The notes under the pieces: generated by a model
The model's input: the letters and a program-made list of their open reading frames with translations, nothing else
What the model was told of the DNA's origin: nothing
Database searches by the model: none
Assembly (NCBI RefSeq): GCF_017315985.1
Contig: NZ_JAFLVR010000012.1
Coordinates: 95,972-119,971 of the forward strand
Direction of reading: 5' to 3'
Length of the DNA: 24,000 bases
From: Candidatus Enterococcus murrayae
GTDB taxonomy: Bacteria > Bacillota > Bacilli > Lactobacillales > Enterococcaceae
Part shown: positions 8,836-16,452 of the stretch, one piece after another
How positions within the stretch are numbered: position 1 is the first letter of the stretch
Layout: the number at the start of each line of letters is the position of its first letter
Made by a program: the position numbers and the translations under genes

Positions 8836-8912
8836 GTAATTAACTAAAGGAATATATCAATTTAAGTCAATGAACATTCATATTAAAAAATGAGTTAAAC
8901 GGAGGAGAAAAA

Positions 8913-10025
8913 ATGACAGTATCAATTAAAGGAAGACACTTTTTAGCTTTGGAGGATTTTACTCCTGAGGAGATTCGCTATTTGCTTGATCTAGCATTAC
9001 AATTGAAAGAAGAGAAACATGCAGGAAAAAATCAACAGGAATTTATCGGAAAAAACTTATTGATGCTTTTTGAAATGAATTCTACTCGAACACGATGTGC
9101 TTTCGAGACCTCTGGCTGTGATCTTGGAATGGGGACGACATTTCTGTCTAATTCACATTTTGGGGAAACAGAGACGATTAAAGATTCGATGAGAGTATTT
9201 AGCAGCATGTATGATACCATCGGTTATCGTGGAGCTAAACATAGTACTTTATTGGAAATGACAAAGCACAGTACGATTCCAATTATTAATGGGTATACCG
9301 ATCACCAGCATCCTACACAAATGTTGGCCGATGCGATGACTTTAGATGAAATATGGGGACGTGAAGGATACAAAGGAAAGACATTATGCTTTATTGGTAG
9401 AGGTGGAGCCGTTAATTCCTTTTCTTACGGTGTGATTTGCGCGATGCTAGGGATGAATTTCACTTATATCACTTCTTATATGGATTTAGAGGAAGCAATG
9501 GACGGCTTAACTCAGGCGCAACGTGACCTTTTCCATCAATTTGTACCAGAAGGAGAAGTATCACCTAACTGGAACACTAAAATGGATCCTAAAAAGCGCA
9601 AAATTGTGGAAGATTTATTTGCTAAGTATAGCCCAGATTGCAAATTTATTGAAACCGATAACATTGATGCAATTAAAGGTGTCGACATTATTACGACGGA
9701 AAATTGGGGGTTCTTTACCGATCCAGTTGAAACATGGTTACCTGGAATTATTCGTTTCCGACCTTATCAAGTTAATCGTGAGCTTATGGAGCGCACAGAA
9801 AATCCGAACTGTATTGCTCTTCACATGCTTCCAGCAACTCATAATATGGATCATGCCTCTGGTCAAAGGTTGCTTACTGCGGTAGATGACAAAGATTTAC
9901 AAGAGTTTCTGAAGAAAGGAATGGAAGTAACGGACGAGGTCTTTGAAGAAAATGCGGCGCATATTTTTAGAGAGGCTGAAAATAGATTGCATACTATTAA
10001 AGCAGTTATTCGTGCTGTTCAATAA
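8913..10025 (+). CDS. carbamoyltransferase of the OTC/ATC superfamily, with catabolic-OTC-like backbone but non-ornithine specificity motifs
   Basis: SD GGAGGAG. Carbamoyl-phosphate motifs are intact: STRTR (aa 57-61, nt 9081-9095), YRG Arg106 and HPTQ (aa 133-136, nt 9309-9320). The C-terminal EVTDEVFE...EAENRLHTIKAV is OTC-like. However, the OTC DxWxSMG loop reads TENWGFF (nt 9696-9716) and HCLP reads HMLP (nt 9822-9833). An extra segment of roughly 25-30 aa sits around aa 190-235. Confidence 0.85.
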   Translation: MTVSIKGRHFLALEDFTPEEIRYLLDLALQLKEEKHAGKNQQEFIGKNLLMLFEMNSTRTRCAFETSGCDLGMGTTFLSNSHFGETETIKDSMRVFSSMYDTIGYRGAKHSTLLEMTKHSTIPIINGYTDHQHPTQMLADAMTLDEIWGREGYKGKTLCFIGRGGAVNSFSYGVICAMLGMNFTYITSYMDLEEAMDGLTQAQRDLFHQFVPEGEVSPNWNTKMDPKKRKIVEDLFAKYSPDCKFIETDNIDAIKGVDIITTENWGFFTDPVETWLPGIIRFRPYQVNRELMERTENPNCIALHMLPATHNMDHASGQRLLTAVDDKDLQEFLKKGMEVTDEVFEENAAHIFREAENRLHTIKAVIRAVQ

Positions 10026-10052
10026 TTTTTTATCCAAAACAAGGAGGAAGTT

Positions 10053-11324
10053 ATGAATAATTTAGAGTATAAAGAACTAGATTATAAGGATTTTAGATTT
10101 CCGGGTGAGTTTGAACCCCAGGAAGCAGTAATCCTAGGCTGGCCAGAAATGGCTGAATGTGTTAAAGGGTACAGTCTTCATCAGGCTTTTGCACAATTAA
10201 TTAAAATTATTGTTGAACAAGCTAATGATGTAACCGTTTATGTAAACTGTCCAAAAGAAGAGATGGTAACTAGTTGTAAAAAAGCTCTTGCTGAAGAAAA
10301 AGTAGACATCGAAAAAGTAAAAATTACTACGTATCCTGATGGCAGTAATTGGACAAGAGATTATGGACCAGACATGATGGTGGACGATAGAGGAAATAAG
10401 ATTTTAGCTAATCCACGCTTCAATATGTATGGGCAAAGTACAATTGACAGCACTACTTCACAACTTTGTGCAAGATTTGCTCCTCATTTAGCATTAGAAA
10501 TGGGGTATAGAGATTTTGTTAATTCAACATTGATTACTGAAGGCGGCGACAAAGAGTTCAATGGTAATGGTGTCCTGATGACACTAAGAGATACGGAGGT
10601 AACTAAGCGCAATCCGCATATGTCTACAGAAGAAGTGGAAAAAGAGTTAAAACGATTGTTCAATGTCAAGAAAGTTATATGGTTTGAAAAAGGTGTTTTT
10701 GATGATGAACTAACCACTTCAGGTGTTTTGGACTATGTAGATGGTGAGCCCGTTTACCGCTCTTCTTCTGCGAATGGGCATATTGACGAGTTCTGCCGAT
10801 TTGTTGATACGAATACGATTATATTAGCCGAAGTTACAGATGAGGAAGCAGCAACAATGAACTCACATAGGATCACGAAAGAACGTCTAGACGCGGCGTA
10901 TGAAATCCTAAATAATTCTACAGATGCTGCTGGGCAGCCATTCAAAATTTTGAGAATGCCCATCCCTGAGCCATTTTATGTTCATACAAAGAAAGGTGAT
11001 TGGATTAATGACACTTGGACTTGTCGCTACAGCGAAGGCGGCGACTATTTAGATGATGGAACACCGATGCCTCACGGAGATATGGTTATGCAGCCGGCCT
11101 TAAGCTATTGCAACTTTTTAATCTTAAACAATATTGTAATTGCTCAATCCTATTGGGAGGAAGGTCGACCAGAAAGCATTAAGGAACTGGATAAACAAGC
11201 ATTAGCGGTTTTACAAGAGGCCTTTCCTGATCGGAAAATCGTACCATTCGTTAGTACAGCATTAAACATTCGCGGTGGCGGCGTTCATTGTGCAACAAAG
11301 AACATACCAATCTCAGCCAAATAA
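10053..11324 (+). CDS. agmatine-deiminase-family (PAD_porph-type) guanidino-group hydrolase, unusually long (423 aa)
   Basis: SD AAGGAGGAAG. N-terminal FRFPGEFEPQEAVILGWPE, then WTRDYGP, TEGGD, NGHIDEF (His243/Asp245, nt 10779-10787), SYCNFLILNNIVI, FPDRKIV, and C-terminal RGGGVHCATK with the nucleophile Cys413 (nt 11289-11291). Confidence 0.85.
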   Translation: MNNLEYKELDYKDFRFPGEFEPQEAVILGWPEMAECVKGYSLHQAFAQLIKIIVEQANDVTVYVNCPKEEMVTSCKKALAEEKVDIEKVKITTYPDGSNWTRDYGPDMMVDDRGNKILANPRFNMYGQSTIDSTTSQLCARFAPHLALEMGYRDFVNSTLITEGGDKEFNGNGVLMTLRDTEVTKRNPHMSTEEVEKELKRLFNVKKVIWFEKGVFDDELTTSGVLDYVDGEPVYRSSSANGHIDEFCRFVDTNTIILAEVTDEEAATMNSHRITKERLDAAYEILNNSTDAAGQPFKILRMPIPEPFYVHTKKGDWINDTWTCRYSEGGDYLDDGTPMPHGDMVMQPALSYCNFLILNNIVIAQSYWEEGRPESIKELDKQALAVLQEAFPDRKIVPFVSTALNIRGGGVHCATKNIPISAK

Positions 11325-11336
11325 TTGATAAAAGCT

Positions 11337-11372
11337 AATATCTCAGCACAGAATCGACTGTGTTGAGATATT
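11337..11372 (+). promoter_or_regulatory. intercistronic stem-loop between the deiminase and carbamate kinase genes, with no U-tract
   Basis: aatatctcagcaca (11337-11350) pairs with tgtgttgagatatt (11359-11372). The stem is 14 bp with one G-U pair and the loop is 8 nt. It is followed by catgattAAGGAG, the SD of the next gene. Confidence 0.5.
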
Positions 11373-11393
11373 CATGATTAAGGAGTCCTATAT

Positions 11394-12341
11394 ATGACGA
11401 AACCTAAAATTGTAATTGCGTTAGGCGGGAATGCCCTGCAATCAAAAGAGAGTGAGGCAACTGCAGAAGCACAACTAGAAATTGTACGAGAAACTTGTGA
11501 GCATATAGCTGAAATTAGCGGCCGCGGATATGAAATGACTATTGTACACGGGAATGGACCTCAAGTTGGACGAATCATCTTAGCCAGTGAGACGGCCAAA
11601 GATGAAGTACCTCCGATGCCTTTTGATGTATGTAGTGCAATGTCACAAGGCTATATTGGGTATCATCTTCAACAAGCGCTGAAATATGCACTTAATAAAC
11701 GGAATCGGAATGTTCCAGTAGTAACAGTCGCAACACAAATGATTGTAGAGCCAAATGATCCAGCGTTTCAAACACCGAATAAACCAATTGGACCATTTTA
11801 TTCTAAAGAGGAAGCGACATTACTTGAAAAAGAAAAAGGGTATGATTTGAAGGAAGATGCTGGACGTGGGTGGCGTCGTGTCGTTGCTTCACCTTTGCCA
11901 AGAAAAATTGTTGAGATTGATGCAGTAAAAATGCTGTGGAACAATGCAATTGTGATTACCTGTGGCGGCGGCGGAATCCCAGTAATTGAAAAGTCAGATG
12001 GACTATTAGAAGGAGTCCCAGCTGTGATTGATAAAGATTACGCAGCTGAACTTTTAGCTGAACAAGTTGAGGCGGATTTTTTACTCATTCTTACAGAAGT
12101 AGAAAAAGTGGCAATTAATTTTAATAAGCCTAATCAAAAAAACTTAAGCAGCATGAGTCTCACAGAAGCAACCAAATATGTGGAAGAAGGCCATTTTGCA
12201 GCAGGTAGTATGTTGCCAAAAGTTCAAGCAGCAATGAAATTTGTTAGAAGTAATCCGTCAAAAAAGGCAATTATTACTTCGTTGGACAAAGTAATAGAAG
12301 CTTTAGATGGTAAAACTGGAACACATATTACATTTGCTTAG
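11394..12341 (+). CDS. arcC: carbamate kinase
   Basis: SD AAGGAG. N-terminal IVIALGGNAL, then HGNGPQVG, CGGGGIPV and a C-terminal amino-acid-kinase fold. Its 315 aa matches carbamate kinases. Confidence 0.9.
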   Translation: MTKPKIVIALGGNALQSKESEATAEAQLEIVRETCEHIAEISGRGYEMTIVHGNGPQVGRIILASETAKDEVPPMPFDVCSAMSQGYIGYHLQQALKYALNKRNRNVPVVTVATQMIVEPNDPAFQTPNKPIGPFYSKEEATLLEKEKGYDLKEDAGRGWRRVVASPLPRKIVEIDAVKMLWNNAIVITCGGGGIPVIEKSDGLLEGVPAVIDKDYAAELLAEQVEADFLLILTEVEKVAINFNKPNQKNLSSMSLTEATKYVEEGHFAAGSMLPKVQAAMKFVRSNPSKKAIITSLDKVIEALDGKTGTHITFA

Positions 12342-12482
12342 ATAGTCAAATTGCTTCAAGGCTACTTATTAATCGACTTCACATAGAAATTTTACGATGA
12401 ACCTGAAGGAAAATTCTGGAGAAAATGAAGAAGTTGCATGAACTGAAAAAAATTATCCCAAAAAAAGATAGGTGAATAGACG

Positions 12483-13472
12483 ATAACACGACTTTTATGT
12501 TTTGAAGCGAATGAAGAACGAAAAGTGTTTGTTAATGAATGGGTGAAAAAAACTGGTGTTCAAGTAGATACTGTTCCTTACAAACTCACTTTGGAAACTG
12601 TAGATATGGTTCGAGGATATGATGGTGTTTCCATATCAGAAGCTGGGAAATTCGATTCTTCCATTTTTCCTCAACTAAGTAAATATGGAATTAAACACTT
12701 AGCGCAGAGAACATCTGGTTTTGAAGGGTTTGACTTGGAAGCTGCCAAGCGCAGTGGAATTATTATTACAAACGTTTCTAGCTACTCACCAGAATCTATC
12801 GCGGAGTTCACGCTTATGCTCGCACTCCAGCTAGTAAGAAGATCAAAGGATTTGGATCAACGTGTTAAAAGGTTTGATTTCAATTGGAGTCCAGAGGTAA
12901 GAGGGAAGGTAATGAAGGAACAAACAGTTGCTATTATAGGCGTTGGACGAATTGGTTATGAAGTGGCAAAATTGTTCAAGGCTTTTGGTTCGACCATCAA
13001 CGGTTATGCTACGCACCGCAATAAAAATGCGAATGATCTATTTGAATACAAAGATTCAATTGAAGAAGCAATCCATAACGCAGATATAATAACTCTTCAT
13101 ATACCTGGAAAGGAAAAGAACCATCATTTATTTGATAAAAAAATGTTCAATAAGTTTAAACCAGGGGCTTGCTTGATTAATACTTCTCGTGGTTCATTAG
13201 TTAATACATCGGATCTAATTGAAGCATTAGATAGTGGGAGAGTTTCAGCAGCAGCTTTAGATGTCTATGAAAATGAAGCGGAATACATTCCTGGTAAACA
13301 TGAAGAAATTTCAGATACTGTTTTCAAAGAATTACTAAACCATCCGAAAGTTACTTTTTATCCCCACTGCGCCTACTATACTGATGTTTCCATGCGAAAT
13401 ATGGTCCATTATGCGTTGGATTCGATTATAGAGGTTATTGAGACTGGCGATAGCTTTTCAAGAGTCAACTAG
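12483..13472 (+). CDS. D-isomer-specific 2-hydroxyacid dehydrogenase (D-lactate-dehydrogenase-like), with ATA at the expected initiation codon
   Basis: NAD motif IIGVGRIGYEVA and catalytic triad context NTSRGSLV / LDVYENE / YPHCAYYT. The track starts at GTG 12525, but the frame is open from 12480 and encodes the family-typical beta-1 strand (x)TRLLCFEANEERK. SD AGGTGA (12470-12475) lies 7 nt before ATA 12483. No ATG, GTG or TTG is available there. Confidence 0.7.
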   Translation: MTRLLCFEANEERKVFVNEWVKKTGVQVDTVPYKLTLETVDMVRGYDGVSISEAGKFDSSIFPQLSKYGIKHLAQRTSGFEGFDLEAAKRSGIIITNVSSYSPESIAEFTLMLALQLVRRSKDLDQRVKRFDFNWSPEVRGKVMKEQTVAIIGVGRIGYEVAKLFKAFGSTINGYATHRNKNANDLFEYKDSIEEAIHNADIITLHIPGKEKNHHLFDKKMFNKFKPGACLINTSRGSLVNTSDLIEALDSGRVSAAALDVYENEAEYIPGKHEEISDTVFKELLNHPKVTFYPHCAYYTDVSMRNMVHYALDSIIEVIETGDSFSRVN

Positions 13473-13576
13473 TCTATGATTTTAATAAAATTGACAAAAT
13501 TAGTAAAGTAGTTGAATAGACAAGGCAGTAAAAAACATTAATAGAAATCTGTGACCCATTAAAACTATTAGATTTG

Positions 13577-13623
13577 AAACAGAGCTGATTTAGAAAGGAA
13601 ATCTTCTAAATCAGCTCTGTTTT
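13577..13623. terminator. bidirectional rho-independent terminator shared by the dehydrogenase (+) and epimerase (-) genes
   Basis: A perfect 19-bp stem: aaacagagctgatttagaa (13577-13595) pairs with ttctaaatcagctctgttt (13604-13622), with an 8-nt loop. A/T runs at both ends. The right arm overlaps the last codons of the minus-strand gene. Confidence 0.8.
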
Positions 13624-14232
13624 GCTGTTTTCTGTTCTAAATATTTCTCTACCCATGACAAATTTTTCCACACCGATTGTTCGTAGCCGTTGCGCTCTTT
13701 CCATAGTAATATCGCCGTCCACCCAAAGCTCCTGTTTTGGAAATGATTGTCTGGTTTTGCTAATTTTTTCACTCATTTCTTCAATAAACATTTGACCTTG
13801 TCCATCGGGTTCACTGGTCATCAATAAAAGCATGGAGGTTCTTTTAATCAGGTAGGCATATTCTATTAAAGAAGTAGTTGGTAAAAAGGCTAGACCAACC
13901 TTGATATTGTTTTGCTGACAGTAAAAAATCAGTTCAGCGAGATTTTGGCAGGATTCGGCATGAATAAAAACAGTGCAAGGTAAGTAGTCAACAAGCAGTT
14001 TCACGTATTTTTCTGGTTGAGTCACCATTAGATGGATATTAAAGGACATTGTAGTTAAATAACGTAGTTCCTGAATAGTTGCAAGACCAAAAGTAATGTT
14101 ATTAACAAAATTGCCATCCTCAATGTCTAAATGAATTTCTTGAAAACCATTCGCTTCTACTTTTAATAATTCTTTTGCTAAATAGAGTTGTTTCGCAGAA
14201 GCTAAGGATGGTATAATCCTGTTCCTCATCAT
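13606..14232 (-). CDS. ribulose-phosphate 3-epimerase family protein (SgcE/AlsE-like sugar-phosphate epimerase)
   Basis: SD AAGGGGGA. IIPSLASA, HLDIEDGNFVNNITFG (the HxD metal and catalytic motif), NIHLMV and WVDGDI. Its 208 aa fits the family. Divergently transcribed from the PTS operon. Confidence 0.8.
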   Translation of the reverse strand: MMRNRIIPSLASAKQLYLAKELLKVEANGFQEIHLDIEDGNFVNNITFGLATIQELRYLTTMSFNIHLMVTQPEKYVKLLVDYLPCTVFIHAESCQNLAELIFYCQQNNIKVGLAFLPTTSLIEYAYLIKRTSMLLLMTSEPDGQGQMFIEEMSEKISKTRQSFPKQELWVDGDITMERAQRLRTIGVEKFVMGREIFRTENSKTELI

Positions 14233-14329
14233 TACAGTTCCCCCTTTCTCTTCCTACTACCTATGATAATAATTCAAGAAATATTTTTCAGTAGTCAATT
14301 TTTAGAGAAGATTTTCAAATTTCTGCTCA

Positions 14330-14358
14330 TTGTACGATCCACACAGCTAAATTATGCT
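14330..14358 (+). promoter_or_regulatory. candidate promoter of the PRD-regulator/PTS operon
   Basis: TTGTAC (14330-14335), a 17-nt spacer, then TATGCT (14353-14358), about 35 nt upstream of ATG 14394. Pattern match only. Confidence 0.3.
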
Positions 14359-14393
14359 AGTAGTGTAATAAATAACCGAAAGGAGGTAAATCA

Positions 14394-16448
14394 ATGAAAG
14401 CGAATCAGCGTTTATTAGAACTGATCTATTTTTTCGAAACGACTCCCAAAACGTCGATCAAAGATATTGAGTCCCAGTTAAATATTCCAGAAAGTGCCGT
14501 GCGTTATGAAATTGATAATCTGAACTATTATCTTAGAATGATGGAACTACCAGAAATTCAAAAGGAAAATAATGGTCAGCTTATTTCAACTGTAGTGAAT
14601 TTTGAACCTGTAAATCAATTATTAGAAGAAATCTATAGGCCTGATTCGAAAAAAAGACGAGATTATTTAACGTTCAAGTTAGTACTCGCAGGAAAAATCA
14701 ATATTCAAAAGGAATCGATATTTCTAGATGTAACTAGAAATACAGTCAAATCAGATTTAAGGAGTGTCATTCAAGTTCTCGAACGTGAACAAATATACGT
14801 AAAAGAACGGAAAATCATTGCTGGAAACGAATTGGAGATGCGCCGCTTTATTTTGAACCGTTATCGAGAAAATTATTTGGTTCTCTTCTCTGAAAAGGAG
14901 AAACGACTGATCTCTAATCCCATTGAACGAAGAATTCTTGAGGATCTTGAAGATATTGATTTTGGAAAAATGGCGGCTCAAATAAAAGAGTTAGCAAAAA
15001 ACTATCCATTCACTAACTTTTATGAAACATTTTTGCTAAATGTACTAGTGACCATTCATCGTAATCATTATGGTCATTCAATTCAAGAAGTTCAAAACGT
15101 CTCTCAAATTCAAGCACTTGGGGAATATATAGCTATCAGGAAACTCATGCAGAGTATCGGAGGGAGGTATAACTTTTCTGAAAGAGAGATCGCCTATTTG
15201 ACGGAAATTTTAGTCAGTTATAGTGAAGAGTCAATCAATCAGAGTTACCAGAAGAATCTTTTGTCTTTCAAATTATTTGTTTCCAAACTAGTGACTAGTG
15301 TTGGTAAGGAGCTTGGGATGGAATTAACAGAAGATCCTATTCTAATGGAAGGGCTTTATCAACACGTTAAAAGCACGATTTATCGAAAGAACAACTCCTA
15401 TGAGATGGATAGTGAGATTTATCAACAAGCTATTGGGAACTATCAAAGCTTATTTTCGCTTTTAGAAAAAAATATTGAGTTTTATCAGAATGAACTTAAT
15501 GTTCACTTTACAAAAGAAGACATTGCTTTGTTTGTGATTCATTTCTTAGGAGGGATAAGAAGATTTCAAGAAACACATCAGCCTAATTTAAGAGTTTTAC
15601 TCGTATGTCATTCAGGCTATGGAACATCAGTCCTTTTAAAAAATCTGATCGAAAAAAATTATAACGTTGAGGTGGTTGGAACTTCTTCCATCTATCAAAT
15701 CAATGATTACCTTTCTCAAAACATTGATTTGATCGTGAGTACTTTATATTTTTCCTTTGAAATTAAAAAAACAGTAGAAGTTCCCATTCTGTTTATTTCG
15801 CCGTTCTTAACCTTTAATGATGATCAGAAGTTAAAAGAATTTGGAATTACTAGAAAACGGGAAAAAAATAAAATTTCTGTAAATAAATTATTGAAAGTGC
15901 TAGAGCGTCATACCACTATTTCTAATTCCTTAAGTTTGAAAAAGGACTTATTAGCTGCTTTTCCAGAGAATCTACAAGAGGAGCGAAAAGAATCTAGTCT
16001 GTTTGATGGCCTCAAAGATGAAGACATTACTTTCGTTCAAGAAATAGAGGATTGGCAAACGGGATTGTCCATGTGCAGCCAATCGCTGGAACAAAACCAA
16101 GTTGTGAAAAAGAGTTATTTGGAGGGAATATCACAATCCGTTAATTTATATGGTGCCCATTTTGTTATTCGGAATCAAATTGCGATTCCTCACGGCAGTG
16201 AGAAAAGTGGAGTTTTAAAATCAGGTATCCATATTCTTTATGTGAAAAATCCAGTTATTTTTCCAAATGAATTACCAGTAAGACTGATATTCTTTATTGC
16301 TTCGAAAGAAAAAGAGCTATTAATAAATACAGTGATGACTATCAATGCTATTTCTCATGATAAAAAGTTTTATCAAAAATTAGACCACGCAATTGAAAAA
16401 GCAGAATCCTTATCTGATTTCTTCAAAGAGTGGCTCGATGGAGTGTGA
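14394..16448 (+). CDS. PRD-domain transcriptional activator (MtlR/LicR type: HTH, two PRDs, EIIB-Gat-like domain, EIIA-Mtl/Fru-like domain)
   Basis: SD AAAGGAGG. N-terminal winged-helix region, central PRD-like helical region with His-containing segments (VTIHRNHYG, LFVIHFLGG), EIIB-like LRVLLVCHSGYGTSVLL, and a C-terminal EIIA-like domain with IAIPHGS. Confidence 0.85.
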   Translation: MKANQRLLELIYFFETTPKTSIKDIESQLNIPESAVRYEIDNLNYYLRMMELPEIQKENNGQLISTVVNFEPVNQLLEEIYRPDSKKRRDYLTFKLVLAGKINIQKESIFLDVTRNTVKSDLRSVIQVLEREQIYVKERKIIAGNELEMRRFILNRYRENYLVLFSEKEKRLISNPIERRILEDLEDIDFGKMAAQIKELAKNYPFTNFYETFLLNVLVTIHRNHYGHSIQEVQNVSQIQALGEYIAIRKLMQSIGGRYNFSEREIAYLTEILVSYSEESINQSYQKNLLSFKLFVSKLVTSVGKELGMELTEDPILMEGLYQHVKSTIYRKNNSYEMDSEIYQQAIGNYQSLFSLLEKNIEFYQNELNVHFTKEDIALFVIHFLGGIRRFQETHQPNLRVLLVCHSGYGTSVLLKNLIEKNYNVEVVGTSSIYQINDYLSQNIDLIVSTLYFSFEIKKTVEVPILFISPFLTFNDDQKLKEFGITRKREKNKISVNKLLKVLERHTTISNSLSLKKDLLAAFPENLQEERKESSLFDGLKDEDITFVQEIEDWQTGLSMCSQSLEQNQVVKKSYLEGISQSVNLYGAHFVIRNQIAIPHGSEKSGVLKSGIHILYVKNPVIFPNELPVRLIFFIASKEKELLINTVMTINAISHDKKFYQKLDHAIEKAESLSDFFKEWLDGV

Positions 16449-16452
16449 TAAG

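Noticed and set aside
8199-10963. Antisense and alternative-frame ORFs (113 aa -, 62 aa -, 120 aa +, 77 aa -, 69 aa -) inside the permease, carbamoyltransferase and deiminase genes
   Set aside because: All lie within genes carrying strong family motifs. None has an SD or a recognisable domain.
8913-11324. Labelling the pair simply as ornithine carbamoyltransferase (arcB/argF) plus agmatine deiminase (aguA)
   Set aside because: The carbamoyltransferase lacks the SMG and HCLP ornithine motifs, and the deiminase is about 55-60 aa longer than the AguA enzymes I remember. I therefore left the gene symbols empty and called only the families.
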